Source: Phoronis australis
Lineage: Eukaryota > Animalia > Phoronida
Assembly (NCBI GenBank): GCA_002633005.1
Contig: NMRA01000082.1
Coordinates: 721,988-785,987 of the forward strand
Length of the DNA stretch: 64,000 nt
Direction of reading: 5' to 3'
Positions within the stretch are counted from its first letter, which is position 1. Every line of letters starts with the position of its first letter. Below the pieces are notes generated by a model. It was not told the DNA's origin and made no database searches. It saw only the letters and a program-made list of their open reading frames with translations. The position numbers were made by a program, and so were the translations under genes. Shown piece after piece: positions 52,801 through 63,149 of this stretch.

Positions 52801-55800
52801 TCCCCGTTATGCCCAACGTTTGCTGAATTTTATTTGTCAGAAGTTGAAAAAATTACATTGACCACGTTCCTATTTATGTTCTATATTTTTATGATGTTTT
52901 CGTCTATTGTAATTTTGATGATGGTATCGTTTGAGACTGTGCTTGAGAACCATTCAGTGCTAAACTGCACTTATGAAACATCTGAAGATGATAAGATACC
53001 TTTTCTACATGTTCTTATATGTAACCCAGACACAAGAGGGCACATCAGTATTTGTCTCCATGGTGATAGTGATTGTCCTGAGCGTTAAAACAAAACTGTT
53101 TCAGTCAATCTGTTAAAGAGAGCTCACACTATTTCGTCAGACTGGAAACTGTTCATTAGTGAAATCCAACATGTAAAACAACTAATAAATAATGGATACA
53201 CAAAGTCATTTGTGGATAAGCACATTAATTGGTTTGTCTCAAAAGTTGAACAACTTTATCATGTACAAACAGTTACTGATAATGTTAAAAAACTATTCTA
53301 TATTCTAAAAACTGTTTTTCCAAAAATTATGTAGACGTTGAGCAAATCCTAAAGAACAAAATCTAAAATATAGCAAGAGTTGTTAATCCTTAAGTCAAGC
53401 TAGATGTAGTTATTAATTACAAGAATATGAAGACCTCTTATTTACCGCTGAGAAATAATATTAGTCGTGAGAACGTCCGCACGGTCGCTAAATGTAATGT
53501 AGTTTATGAGTTTTCTTGACGATCGCTCGAATGTTTTCGTCCACGTGAGAAACAAAATTACATTGGACACACAGTTTGCTCCTTGTCCCATTTTCAAAAC
53601 ATTCATGGTCGCAAGATAACTATTCAGGAAATTGTTAACAATACCGCCATTCACTAAATTGATAATGATTTACACAAGTTAAGAACATTAGAGTCGCTTC
53701 CAATTATGTTTGAAAAACCTAGTTTGAATGAGCAGCTAACTCGAATTCGAAGGACTTTACCATCATTTAGGTGATCTGTGCAATATTATGCACATCAAAT
53801 CGTATATATATATATGTGTGTGTGTGTGTGTGGGTGGGTGGGTGTGTGTGTGTGTGTGTGTGTGTGGGTGTGTGTGTGTGTGTGTGTGTGTGTGTTTATA
53901 TGGTCATAGTTGCGCATGCCAACTTCACGTGTTATACTGCATTTGTCATTAATGCATTTGTTATTTCTGTTGTACGTTTTACTGTGAACTAGTAGTAAGT
54001 AGTAGCTTGAAGATGAGATAGGTGTCTCGAAATATCGCTTATTAAATTAAGTTACCTACTGATGTGATTGGATTTTTGCGCTGTTGCCTAAACACAAGAT
54101 CTACATTTAGAGAGCTTTAAAGAACTGAAATTAAACTGGTAAAAACAGAACAAAGGCGTGTCTTCAATGAAAAATATACATATACATATATAGGTGTATG
54201 TGTGTGTGTGTGTTTCTTTGCCCACAGCTCTAAAGGTAGAAGACTCCGGTGTGTACAGATGCGCTATGGTGAAAAATGTCGCCACGGTTCTTTTGAATTC
54301 CTCTACAGTGACGTTGAACGTTCTGCGTAAGTATTCCTCAATGCAGTGGGTTCAGAACATAAGAATATAAAGTGTTAATTGCAGTGAAAAGTAAGGGTGT
54401 TTGTAATTTCTTAAATTGGCGGTCTATCTAGTTAAGTTCGGTTAAAGGAATGTACATTTGTGTCTGATTTCCGACCGTAGTGACGACTGAGCAAATAATT
54501 ACTTGAAGATGTAGTAGGTAAGAAGGCAAGCTGGATATAACTTTGTGAACTGCGGCATGAGAGAAGGAAAGTCTCCTATAAAGTCATCAGAAATACAGGA
54601 ATCTGACAACAATTTCTATACATTTCAAGAACATTTGCATCGTTTTAGAATCTGTTTTCTAAAAGCAACGACAAAATTCTTGAAGTTGTTGTCAATATCT
54701 TTCTGCACTTGAACTCAGCTGTTAGTTGACATTTTGTAAGACGTTTGGACGTTGGTTTAGACCAACAGAAATTATTGACAGCCTGTGTGATATCACACAG
54801 TAGCCAGCAACTATACCTGTTGCTTTGATGTAATGTCCGCAACAGAGTGGTCTCTGTCTTGGCTACTGCGAGGTTTGTTCGCCACATTCCTTTTATTTCA
54901 AGTCACCGACTGTGTGTGCCATTTTGATATCAGTGGGTTTCCATTCACCGCGGTTTTTAAGGGGCTGTAATAGCTTCTTTATTCAATCAATCACTGGAAT
55001 ATATCAACTATCGTTATGGCTGCTAATTAAAGATAGCAATAATAGAAATATATATGTTCTATTTTGCAATTATACAAAATCAATAACAGGAAGGCGAGGA
55101 AGGCAATGATTCCATCTGGATGAATTGTGTTTGTTCACAATTGCCAAATTTGAAAAATGCCCATTTTATTTAATGACAAACCTTTGCACAGAGAATCTTC
55201 AACACTCAGAATTTAGGTTTATGTTTGGCTAATCTACATGTACAATTTACTTATGATTTGCAGGGCAAGGAGAGGGTGGAGGTATGTTAACAAATTTTCT
55301 ACTGATTCAACTGATCTAGAGGTAGGGCTTAAAAGGATACCAAACCCAGTTTGGGCCTTTTAACAGATGTTAAAAACAGTTTTCCCATCCAGTTCCCTGG
55401 AACGGAAAAATATTCTTAACCCTAGACAACACTCAAAACCTTGGAAGAAAATTTGATAACTCACATTCGAGATCTTCTAAACTGAGAAGCGTAACCTGCA
55501 CATTTTAGCGCATGACAAATCAATTGTGGGGAAAGACCACCCACCAAGAAGCATAATATCCAATCTTTGACATATTTTTTAGTTTATTCCTGCTTTCATA
55601 TGCCAAGATTGTGATCAATGATGAATTATCAGGTTAGGGAACTAACACTGGGTGAAATCGTCAAAACAGGGCTTAGTACCCTCTTAAACAATGGGTAGAC
55701 ATTGGCCGGTTTTACATTAGGCGGTATGGCTAGAACAGTTAGAACAAGGACCAGTAGAGAGCTTCCGCTATTTCTATCCAAGTTTCAATTGTTAATTAGT

Positions 55801-58800
55801 TTAATGAAACCAGTTTGAAAGTTGTTGCACGATAAACTTGCAATCTTAATGCAAGTTAAGGACGCTATTATTTAAAATTCGGCTCGAAGCAATTATACGG
55901 TATGACATTTGCGCCCACATTTTTGAGGCCATTAAGTATAAACTGAAAATAGATTGCAGTTTTATTTTGGGTCAATTCCAAGTGAACTTTATGGTGGCTG
56001 CCAGACGGCATCCGTAGCATACTACTATGCAGGTTACCGTTGTAACGGGACTTTGAAGATGTTGTGAATTAATTCCTTTCTTCGATATTAACGGCACAAC
56101 CAATTTTGGATGTCTGTAAGTGTCAACTTTATTGCTTTCTGTTGTTTTAAAATCTGGCCACCGCATGTCCAAATGGATTTTACAAACAATCGTCACCATT
56201 TGCTCGGTATGAAACTACCCCCAGTTGCGACACAGTAAGGGCAAGGTGAATGCTTTGAACATTTGCGCGGCTTAAAACTATGAGGCTGGGACATTTCCGA
56301 GTGGCATAGAGCCCTTTATCATCTCTCTGTATGAAACATGTCAGTCTCTTAACTGAAAGTCTTCTAAAAAGTCACTGTTAATAACATGAAGTTGCCTCTT
56401 ACAACGTTCCACTTTCCAACTTGTCATATTGTTCATAACGCAACTGTCTGGCTTGACTGACACCACTTTACACTGTAGTGGGATGATTGGACTGATCCCC
56501 AATTCCAGGGATCTGTTAAGGGTGACCTATCTCCACCCGAGGTAACTACATTACCCACGTCTGCAGGGGCATCCGTTCTAAAACGAAGGCTCGCCCTAGT
56601 TACATGCATCTAATTATTTGCGCAGCATTTTTGTTTCGTTTTTGCTGTGTAGAACGGTCTTTTCTGCGGTCTACTTGTATTCGGATTTTGAAAATTCAAT
56701 ATGAATTTAATTACGTACCGAGTGTCAAGCGTTTCAAGTACTCAAGGTTCAAGTGTGTGTTAACTAGCTGTCAAAATATACCGCGGAATGCCGACATTCA
56801 GAAACTTCAACACCCGTAGAAGCCATTAAACATCAACGTTTTCGAAATCACGGCAGCTTAATAAGATATAAAACGTAAAATATTGCAATCGTCACATCAA
56901 ATTCCAAGATTATTTCGCCTTAAGCAACAAAAGTTACCAATTATCCAACTAAACGATCTCTCTCAACCTTTTCCAGTCATTCGATACCCAGAATTTGAAC
57001 ACGTTCGAAGTCCATTTCATTGTAACTGCAAGAAGAATCGTGGATGTGTTGAACCCTACGGATACTGCCCAGACGGCTGCATTAGCGCATATGATTTGAG
57101 GCCGCCAGAATGTCAGGCAGGTAAAACAACTGCAAAACTTCCTGCTCAGACACAGATGCAGTGGCCAGTCGTTGATGCGTGACAACTTCACGCGCAATGT
57201 GCATTGCCCGTATTAGGATTGAGTGCAGCGCAGTCAGTTTCTGCTAAACTCGGGTAATAGTCAGGGGTAGGCGGACAGTCACTGAGTCTCGACTGTCCTT
57301 CCAGACCATGAAGCCTGTACAGTAAATGTAGAAGAGCTTTATACGTGTCATGATGTCATATCTACTGGCACGCGCAGTCTCACTAGTTCAAATTGGAAGG
57401 ATTTGGAGACATCCACGGTCTCCTGGGTCTCTCTGTGCGCAGAATTTAATGACATGTATGACAACGAGACGTTCATGTTTTAATCAGTGTAAGGCATACT
57501 TTGCCAAAAAAACTTCAGCGTATGTAGCCACCATGGTAGCATCGCCGTCTGAAAGGACAGTAGAGACGGTGGCACTGTCTAGGTCAGGGTTCCAGCAATT
57601 TGAGAACCATACTTCACCTCTAAAGGAAGGGCATCTAATGGGCTGCCAGAATGCTGGACACCTGTGAGTTACTATTGCCAAGATTCGGGGTAAATTTGTA
57701 TAAAGTTCGGGAAAACCATAAAAAAATTGGTGACGCACACCATCAAAACTCGGAGAAGATCAATCACCGAAATACACAGAAGATAGATTTTGTAAACTGT
57801 TCACGAGAGGAAATGGATAACTTTTCCCTCAGAATTGTCAACCTTTTCCTCTAGCTCCCCAGTAAGAAAACTGGCGGCGCAAACAATTAATGTACCATAA
57901 AATGTGATTGGAAGAATAAGTATTTTGTCAAGTTTGAAGATCAAAGATTGGGAACATAAGTAGTAGGTGACTTCAATGGCAAAACTTTCGAAAATTTCGC
58001 TGCACATACTCAAAATTGCTACTGCATATACAGTACTTTGAAAACCATCACCAGGAAAGTATTGGTTATGAAAATCAGTCATGTTTTTGGGAAATCTGAC
58101 TATAAATAACACTTGCGTAGCCTGCATGTTATTTAAGTTCTTCAAGCATCGACAGCCGTGAATTAAGGCTGTGATCTTGTTTTAAAATATAGGTCTTAAA
58201 ACGTAACACGTAACTGTTGAAATGCTCTTGGTCGTATTTTCATAAATATACATTTCTCTTCTGATAAGAGTTTCCAAAACTTAAAGACGTACCAGTGCTT
58301 ATCGAGAGGACGGAGACAGCAGTCAAATTCAAGTTCAGACACTGGAATTGGAATACGGATATTGGGGATGGTCCGCCGAACTCCTACATAGTGTTGCTAC
58401 GAGATCTTTCGACAACGGGGTCGACGTGGAAACACATGGTAAACCGTTGTGCGATCTGTAAAACAGGTTTCTTGCGTGAAACACGAGATTGCACAAAATC
58501 ACACGAGAGAAAGGCGAGAAAAAATCGGGACCTTGCTACTTATGACAAGTGGCCCTCATTGATACTTTTTACTTGTACACTGTACGTCTAATCTCCCTAA
58601 ACAATATCAAATTGAAATAATCCTTCTTTGAATCGAGAACCGCTAAAGCCCGTAGAGATCTTCTCCTTTTCAAAATGATTTGTGACTTATCTACAGAGTC
58701 ATGCTAAGTCATATTTTCTTTTCCAGCCATACATGTCTATCCATGCAAACGAGATCTCAACTGTATCCAAAACGTTAATAAACTCCCATTTAGAGATTCA

Positions 58801-61436
58801 AGTCGAAGGTTATTCTTGAATATGCATTGTGCACACCGTCTCTCTTACGTTTGTGAATTTGTTAATTCGTCTTTGGACAAAGTGTAGTATGTCAGGTCAC
58901 CTATAAAAAGGGCCTACGGTAAACATATTGTATATCTTAGTTAAGGCAGAATACCGAAATCCGGAAAGCTGTTTTATTGATCGTTTCAACGCATTTTAAT
59001 GTCAAGTCTTAATCCTTAGGTCAGATTTCACGAAACAGGCCCCATCTGTCGTGGTTTTGGTGTAAATGAATGGGGATATGTTTGTTGGTCGTTCTCTGCC
59101 TCAAGCTAAAGTGTATGTCTAAAAGTCTTCTTGATTTATTCAATGATGATAACATTTTTAGGATTAAAATATTTTTTCAAATTCCTTTAATTTTCTTTTC
59201 AGAAAAACATATCCCACAAGCGTTTGACGGAACGTGAGGCAACCGGGCCATTGGAAACTGTAACGTTATCCGTTTCTAAAGAGAAGAAATACGAAGTTGG
59301 TGTTGCAACTGAGACAGAGTACTCCATTGATAGATCAAAGAAGCTCAAAAAAATTTCAGATCCGAAAAAAACTTTAAAACTTGCAGCCAGTGAGTAAAAC
59401 AACTTGACTGCGTGTTCCTTTCAGGCCACACTTGCGATGCTTTACCTTGGCGAAGACTGTACAAAAACGTGCTACGTGTACAGTCAAGCGTTATGAAGTC
59501 CTACTATTAATAAAGAAGTGTTGTATAGATGCGTGAGGTTTGTTATGGTCTTAAAATCTACAAAATGCCGCCCTTACTCAGAGAAGCATCGTACAATGAC
59601 CTCTCGTTTTTTAACTTACATAGTGCCTGCAATTCAGCAGCTGTTGCTTTGTTTTCGTGATTCTACTGTGGATTACCTTTTTGCTAATTTGATGCCTGCA
59701 AATTCTATGGCAGATTACGGAGAGTGGGGAATTTGGCAACAATGGGAATCTTGCAGGAAAGACTTGGCGACACATGGTTTGGAGATGCGTAAGCGCCATT
59801 GCGGTGACCAGAAGCCCTCTTCAGAAGGTGACTTATGTGAAGGCAACATGGACGAATACCGTAAATGTTCCCCCTCTAAAGGTGTGGCTTTTTTAAGAAA
59901 ATAAACTTGGATTTTGGACGCACTTTGTCCCAAGGGGTGTCATAGTGCGTGACATCAATATCACCGATTATGAATAAGCCAATTACTTGGTACTAACTAT
60001 CAATTGTTAACATTTCACACGTCGTGAAGAAATGCCGTTAGGTAGAAAATAAAGCAACAGCTCAAGTATTTGACGAAAAATGTTTGTATGATGACGTGTC
60101 TCCAATTTCAAGACCAATGCTCCTATGAAAAGAGGCAGTGGTACATGTACATGTGCATTTATGTAGAAATAGGGTTCCACGATACTTGTTAATATCAAGG
60201 TATCACGTGATTACAGGTTACGTAATGAGTATTGGTCTGTCTCAGTGATCACTAAGCAGTGCACGTGCTTGTACATGATTCACTCGACTTTTCCACAACT
60301 TTTGCATTTTTTTTAAATTTGAACAACTTTGTTTTCCAGTATATTATACTCTTACTGAGGACTGTGCGCTAACCTTTACATCCGGCATTTATGAGATTAT
60401 AAAAAGTATCTGAACGTAAACTGTTTTCTGTTTTTGCACTGTCCATTTTCAAAGTCGTTAGAGGGCTTACCTGTCCAGGTCAATAGTTTTCTAACGGAAG
60501 ACGAACTTTCACCCGTACCTGTAACGCAGGGTTCATGAAATAACTATTGCCAAAGCAAACAACAGACTCTTGGTATATCACATTGATTTACGCGTTTGAG
60601 CAAATGGTATTCAGTTTGAAATTTACTGCATAATAAGCAATTCTGTGAGCATATTCAAATTATTTTGAAGTTATTTTAAAATCAAAAGTGGTTACGATCA
60701 AAATGATCAAATTATTTTAATAAAATGAATCCTCTCATTACCGCCGTCTTACTTGGAACGCGCCCCTGTGCACCATGTTACTAGTTCACGACGCGCTGTA
60801 ACGTGATCACATGAGACGTCAAGATTCATTACATATTTCGATTAACATTACGTACCTGAGGCGCAAATTATAAACTAAAAGTTCTGGATACTCTCGTCCA
60901 TTTCCCCCAGGCAAAGCGGGACTCCCTGGCAGTCAGTCAGCGACCATAGATTACAGGCAACGTCATGTATAATTTCGTTGAATTCTCGAGTCAGGACTTT
61001 GATGATGCATAAGGGAAAAGACGTTGGCACCGGGCAAACTTGAAGGATTGAATTATATCTTCCGAAAGGAGCACACACGGAACAAGCCCATATGGTATCT
61101 AGGTGGCGTTTCTTTATTTTCGGTCATCNCCCCTTCCCCATCTGTGCTAACAACACATTTAGGCATAAAGATGATTGCGTTTGTAGTGACTATTTGCACA
61201 AGGGAAGCGCAGGGACGCTGATGGTATTGAGAAATTATACGATTATGCTTGGCTTGAAATATAATAAAATGTCTTGCATGATCACACCAGGTATGGCGAC
61301 AGTCAAAAAGAGAATCCAAGGACCAACCCCCACATTGCGCATGACACATAGGGAAGCGGTGGCAATACAGTTTATACATCCGGCAATACGTTCCGACGAA
61401 CTGACTCCGGATGTTTATGAGGTCGAATATCGAGAG
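40772..61436 (+). CDS. Gene 2 (3'-truncated by window edge): paralog of gene 1; signal peptide-EGF-Ig(V-like)-EGF-like-FN3-TSP1-FN3; 10 exons, 481 codons in window
   Basis: Exons 40772-40844, 42686-42838, 49215-49372, 49830-49974, 54228-54326, 56977-57120, 58269-58438, 59203-59389, 59714-59881, 61291-61436 splice into one open frame. The last exon is homologous to gene 1 exon 2428-2573. Confidence 0.8.
42686..42838 (+). CDS. Gene 2 exon: EGF-like repeat
   Basis: ctttcag|...|gtaagt, 153 nt. VCRNGTFGANCAGKCHCNTKLGFNQGCNPYTSKCFEGHCERGYIGTYCEIN; absent from the ORF track. Confidence 0.88.
45160..45400 (+). pseudogene. THAP zinc-finger remnant
   Basis: CIVPACPKYEAEKKAGISFFRLSRVPEMLRK*LAVVK...HHRVCGRHFVNSDF has the C2CH THAP signature; the conserved Trp position is now TAG. 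Confidence 0.75.
45405..45578 (-). pseudogene. KolX-like N-terminal remnant
   Basis: MATH...GFTGYQFEPEYTDQELLE has the same YxFEPEY motif as 8373 onward; truncated before the Cys cluster. Confidence 0.55.
47296..47909. mobile_element. MITE-like element
   Basis: TIR gattgttctgaaa / tttcagaacaatc with subterminal cccctcgacc repeats mirrored as gtcgagggg. Confidence 0.5.
49215..49372 (+). CDS. Gene 2 exon: Ig domain part 1 (A-C strands)
   Basis: attccag|...TGG CAG|gtgaga, phase 1-0. ...VAVVVIDRREGRKFVFTCTLTT... carries the B-strand Cys. Confidence 0.75.
49830..49974 (+). CDS. Gene 2 exon: Ig domain part 2 (C'-E strands)
   Basis: ctctacag|...TCA G|gtatct, phase 0-1. GTGFKKINNKKEMETPYLQSGRFSIVEY...KVKMAIS contains a V-set-like GRFSI. 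Confidence 0.75.
53803..53895. repeat. (TA)n(TG)n microsatellite
   Basis: Directly visible, in the 3' region of the Penelope-like element. Confidence 0.95.
54001..54043 (+). ncRNA. Minimal type I hammerhead ribozyme-like motif in Penelope pLTR
   Basis: agc-UUGAAGA-u-GAGAU(agg u)GUCUC-GAAA-UAUC-gcu: C3U core variant, stem II, palindromic stem III, AUC cleavage triplet and short stem I. Confidence 0.55.
54228..54326 (+). CDS. Gene 2 exon: Ig domain part 3 (F-G strands)
   Basis: cccacag|...|gtaagt, 99 nt. ALKVEDSGVYRCAMVKNVATVLLNSSTVTLNVL has the canonical D-x-G-x-Y-x-C. Confidence 0.85.
55329..55687. mobile_element. Possible TTAA-flanked non-autonomous element
   Basis: Imperfect TIRs ttaaaaggataccaaaccc / gggcttagtaccctcttaa. 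Confidence 0.4.
56977..57120 (+). CDS. Gene 2 exon: degenerate EGF-like module
   Basis: ttttccag|...|gtaaaa, 144 nt. ...HCNCKKNRGCVEPYGYCPDGCISAYDLRPPECQA. Confidence 0.78.
58269..58438 (+). CDS. Gene 2 exon: FN3 N-terminal half
   Basis: EFPKLKDVPVLIERTETAVKFKFRHWNWNTDIGDGPPNSYIVLLRD...WKHM|gtaaac; has the W...DxGDGP..Y.V FN3 pattern. Confidence 0.78.
59203..59389 (+). CDS. Gene 2 exon: FN3 C-terminal half
   Basis: ttttcttttcag|AAA AAC...GCC A|gtgagt, phase 0-1. ...ETVTLSVSKEKKYEVGVATE... Confidence 0.72.
59714..59881 (+). CDS. Gene 2 exon: thrombospondin type-1 repeat
   Basis: GEWGIWQQWESC...MRKRHC...GDLCEGNMDEYRKC has WxxWxxW, RxRxC and CxG...E...C. 168 nt, phase 1-1. Confidence 0.88.
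61291..61436 (+). CDS. Gene 2 exon: second FN3 N-terminal half (GC donor)
   Basis: cacaccag|GT ATG GCG...CGA GAG|gcaagt, 146 nt, same length as gene 1 paralog 2428-2573. Confidence 0.75.
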
Positions 61437-63149
61437 GCAAGTTTGATTTCATTGTACAGAAGAGAAAATTAAACCACACAAGACATCAGTGTAAAAGAGG
61501 TAGTGTTGCTTGAAACGATGGGTTCGTGCACTAGATTAGTGTCTCGAACATTGAAATATCAAATGGGGATTATAACGTTTATTTTTGCGTTTATGTGGTC
61601 CTGTCGAGCTTAGCTCGTACTGCTTTCAAGCTGTCGTGGTTTACCATTGGTATATGACAAATTCCATGCCTATAAGTTAAAGGCAGTGTTCTAATTAATA
61701 AGGATGTGTTATCCTTAAGCACTCACAATTTGCACATACGTTACAGGTCCAGAGGACGTACTTACGTTGGCTGCTGGCCGGGGTCATCCGTTTCAGGCCC
61801 TTGCAAAATTAAGTTACGGGTCTGTGAACGAGATATTTCTTTGTGCCCGTTTCATGAATGCCAGTTATTATTTTCTGCAGGGTGGAGTATCATAAGGGGC
61901 TGGGAAGCTATAGCCGCCTACATTTTGCAGTGCTGTACCGCCCATGTCTCAGACAGTAAATATATTTGCACTGACTTAGGAATGCTGATTGGAATAACAA
62001 GGTACTCTCTATGTGTCCTTCCCTCACACACGTGACCAAGTACAACTCATAGAGCGGTCATCTCATTAACTGAAGCACTAATTTGGATATTTGACTGGCA
62101 TTCGGGTCGCTGCTAATTGTTATACATAAAGGTCGTCATTAGGTTAAAATTGGAGCCTACAAGATGGCAGACGATTCTGTTTGTGTGTTTTAGATTGATG
62201 TAAATGAAAAAGAGGCGAAATAAAACCGGCTAATAACGTTTACGGCTCCCTAAATATCCCGAGTGAGTTTGCCATATTAGCAAACCCATGAGATATTCCC
62301 TTATTTTTCTGACTGATGTCCATTTAAAAAATCCGACTGACCTTCAACTCTGATTGAGCTAAGTATGGTTACGCGCTTATTTCTTCCGATCAACATGAAT
62401 GTTACACACAGCTGGTAAAAAGCGTTTTTTACTGCAAACTCAGAAACAACGTGGCACTGTGACAGATCATTTCAAAGTTTCACTTCGTGTTCTGATGAGG
62501 GATTCTTCCGAAATTTCATTGGTATTTTAACAGATCTTCTTAACAGCTTTATGAACTGTAGTAGATAATTCAACCCCTTACCAGTGTTTGTAGATGTAAA
62601 TGTGTAACTCCAGCATTATTGTAGATATCGTACTCCAGTTGCACATCGAATATCAATCTAAACATTCCAAAATAAAAATCGCTTGAAAACATTTATCTTC
62701 AGAAAAAAATACAGTGATTATAACTGTTCAGAAATCAAGCCCTTCAAAGAGGTTATTCACTCGAAGATTCGACATTTTACTTGCCACTATTACTTGTTTC
62801 ATTGTCACCTAGCGGCGAATGTGAAACTAAAGCATTCACTTGTCTCATTGGCTGGTATTCGTGTCATTTATTATAACACGACGCCATTAGGTCAAAATCT
62901 ACAAGATGGCTGACGCTTTGGTTCGTCTTTGGTGGAGAGAGATAAAGAGATTTGAAAAATAACTGAGTAAGACCATTTACAGGTTTATTGTTCCCTAAAT
63001 ATTGTAAGGGATTTCATATTGTTTAGTGCAAGCACACACAACAGATATTATCCAACATTCATAAATTTGTGAAATAATAACTTAACGAATCATCAAGTAT
63101 GTTTGACATGAGTTATTGGCTATATGATCTTTGGAATCTCTTTCTTTCG

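Larger units (their letters stand above)
51870..54085 (+). mobile_element. Decayed Penelope-like retroelement (RT + GIY-YIG)
   Basis: Broken ORF with NIVIRRADK, MSLDAESLFTNVPILETI, GVSMGSPLCPTFAEFY, HGDSDCPER, LLKRAHTISSDW, INNGY, NVVYEFS*, NYIGHT and KPSLN. Followed by a (GT)n tract and a pLTR-like tail. Confidence 0.88.

Noticed and set aside
60911-61094. Exon starting at the strong acceptor tttcccccag (60910)
   Set aside because: All three frames hit stops before the donor at 61095.
62492-62520. Perfect hammerhead core CTGATGA-GGGA(ttc)TTCC-GAAA-TTTC
   Set aside because: No credible stem I pairing and no adjacent retroelement; chance or a decayed relic.
62090-63020. Two diverged short direct repeats (around ctacaagatggc.gacg at ~62157 and ~62899)
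   Set aside because: Too degenerate to define boundaries or class; probably old repeat fragments.
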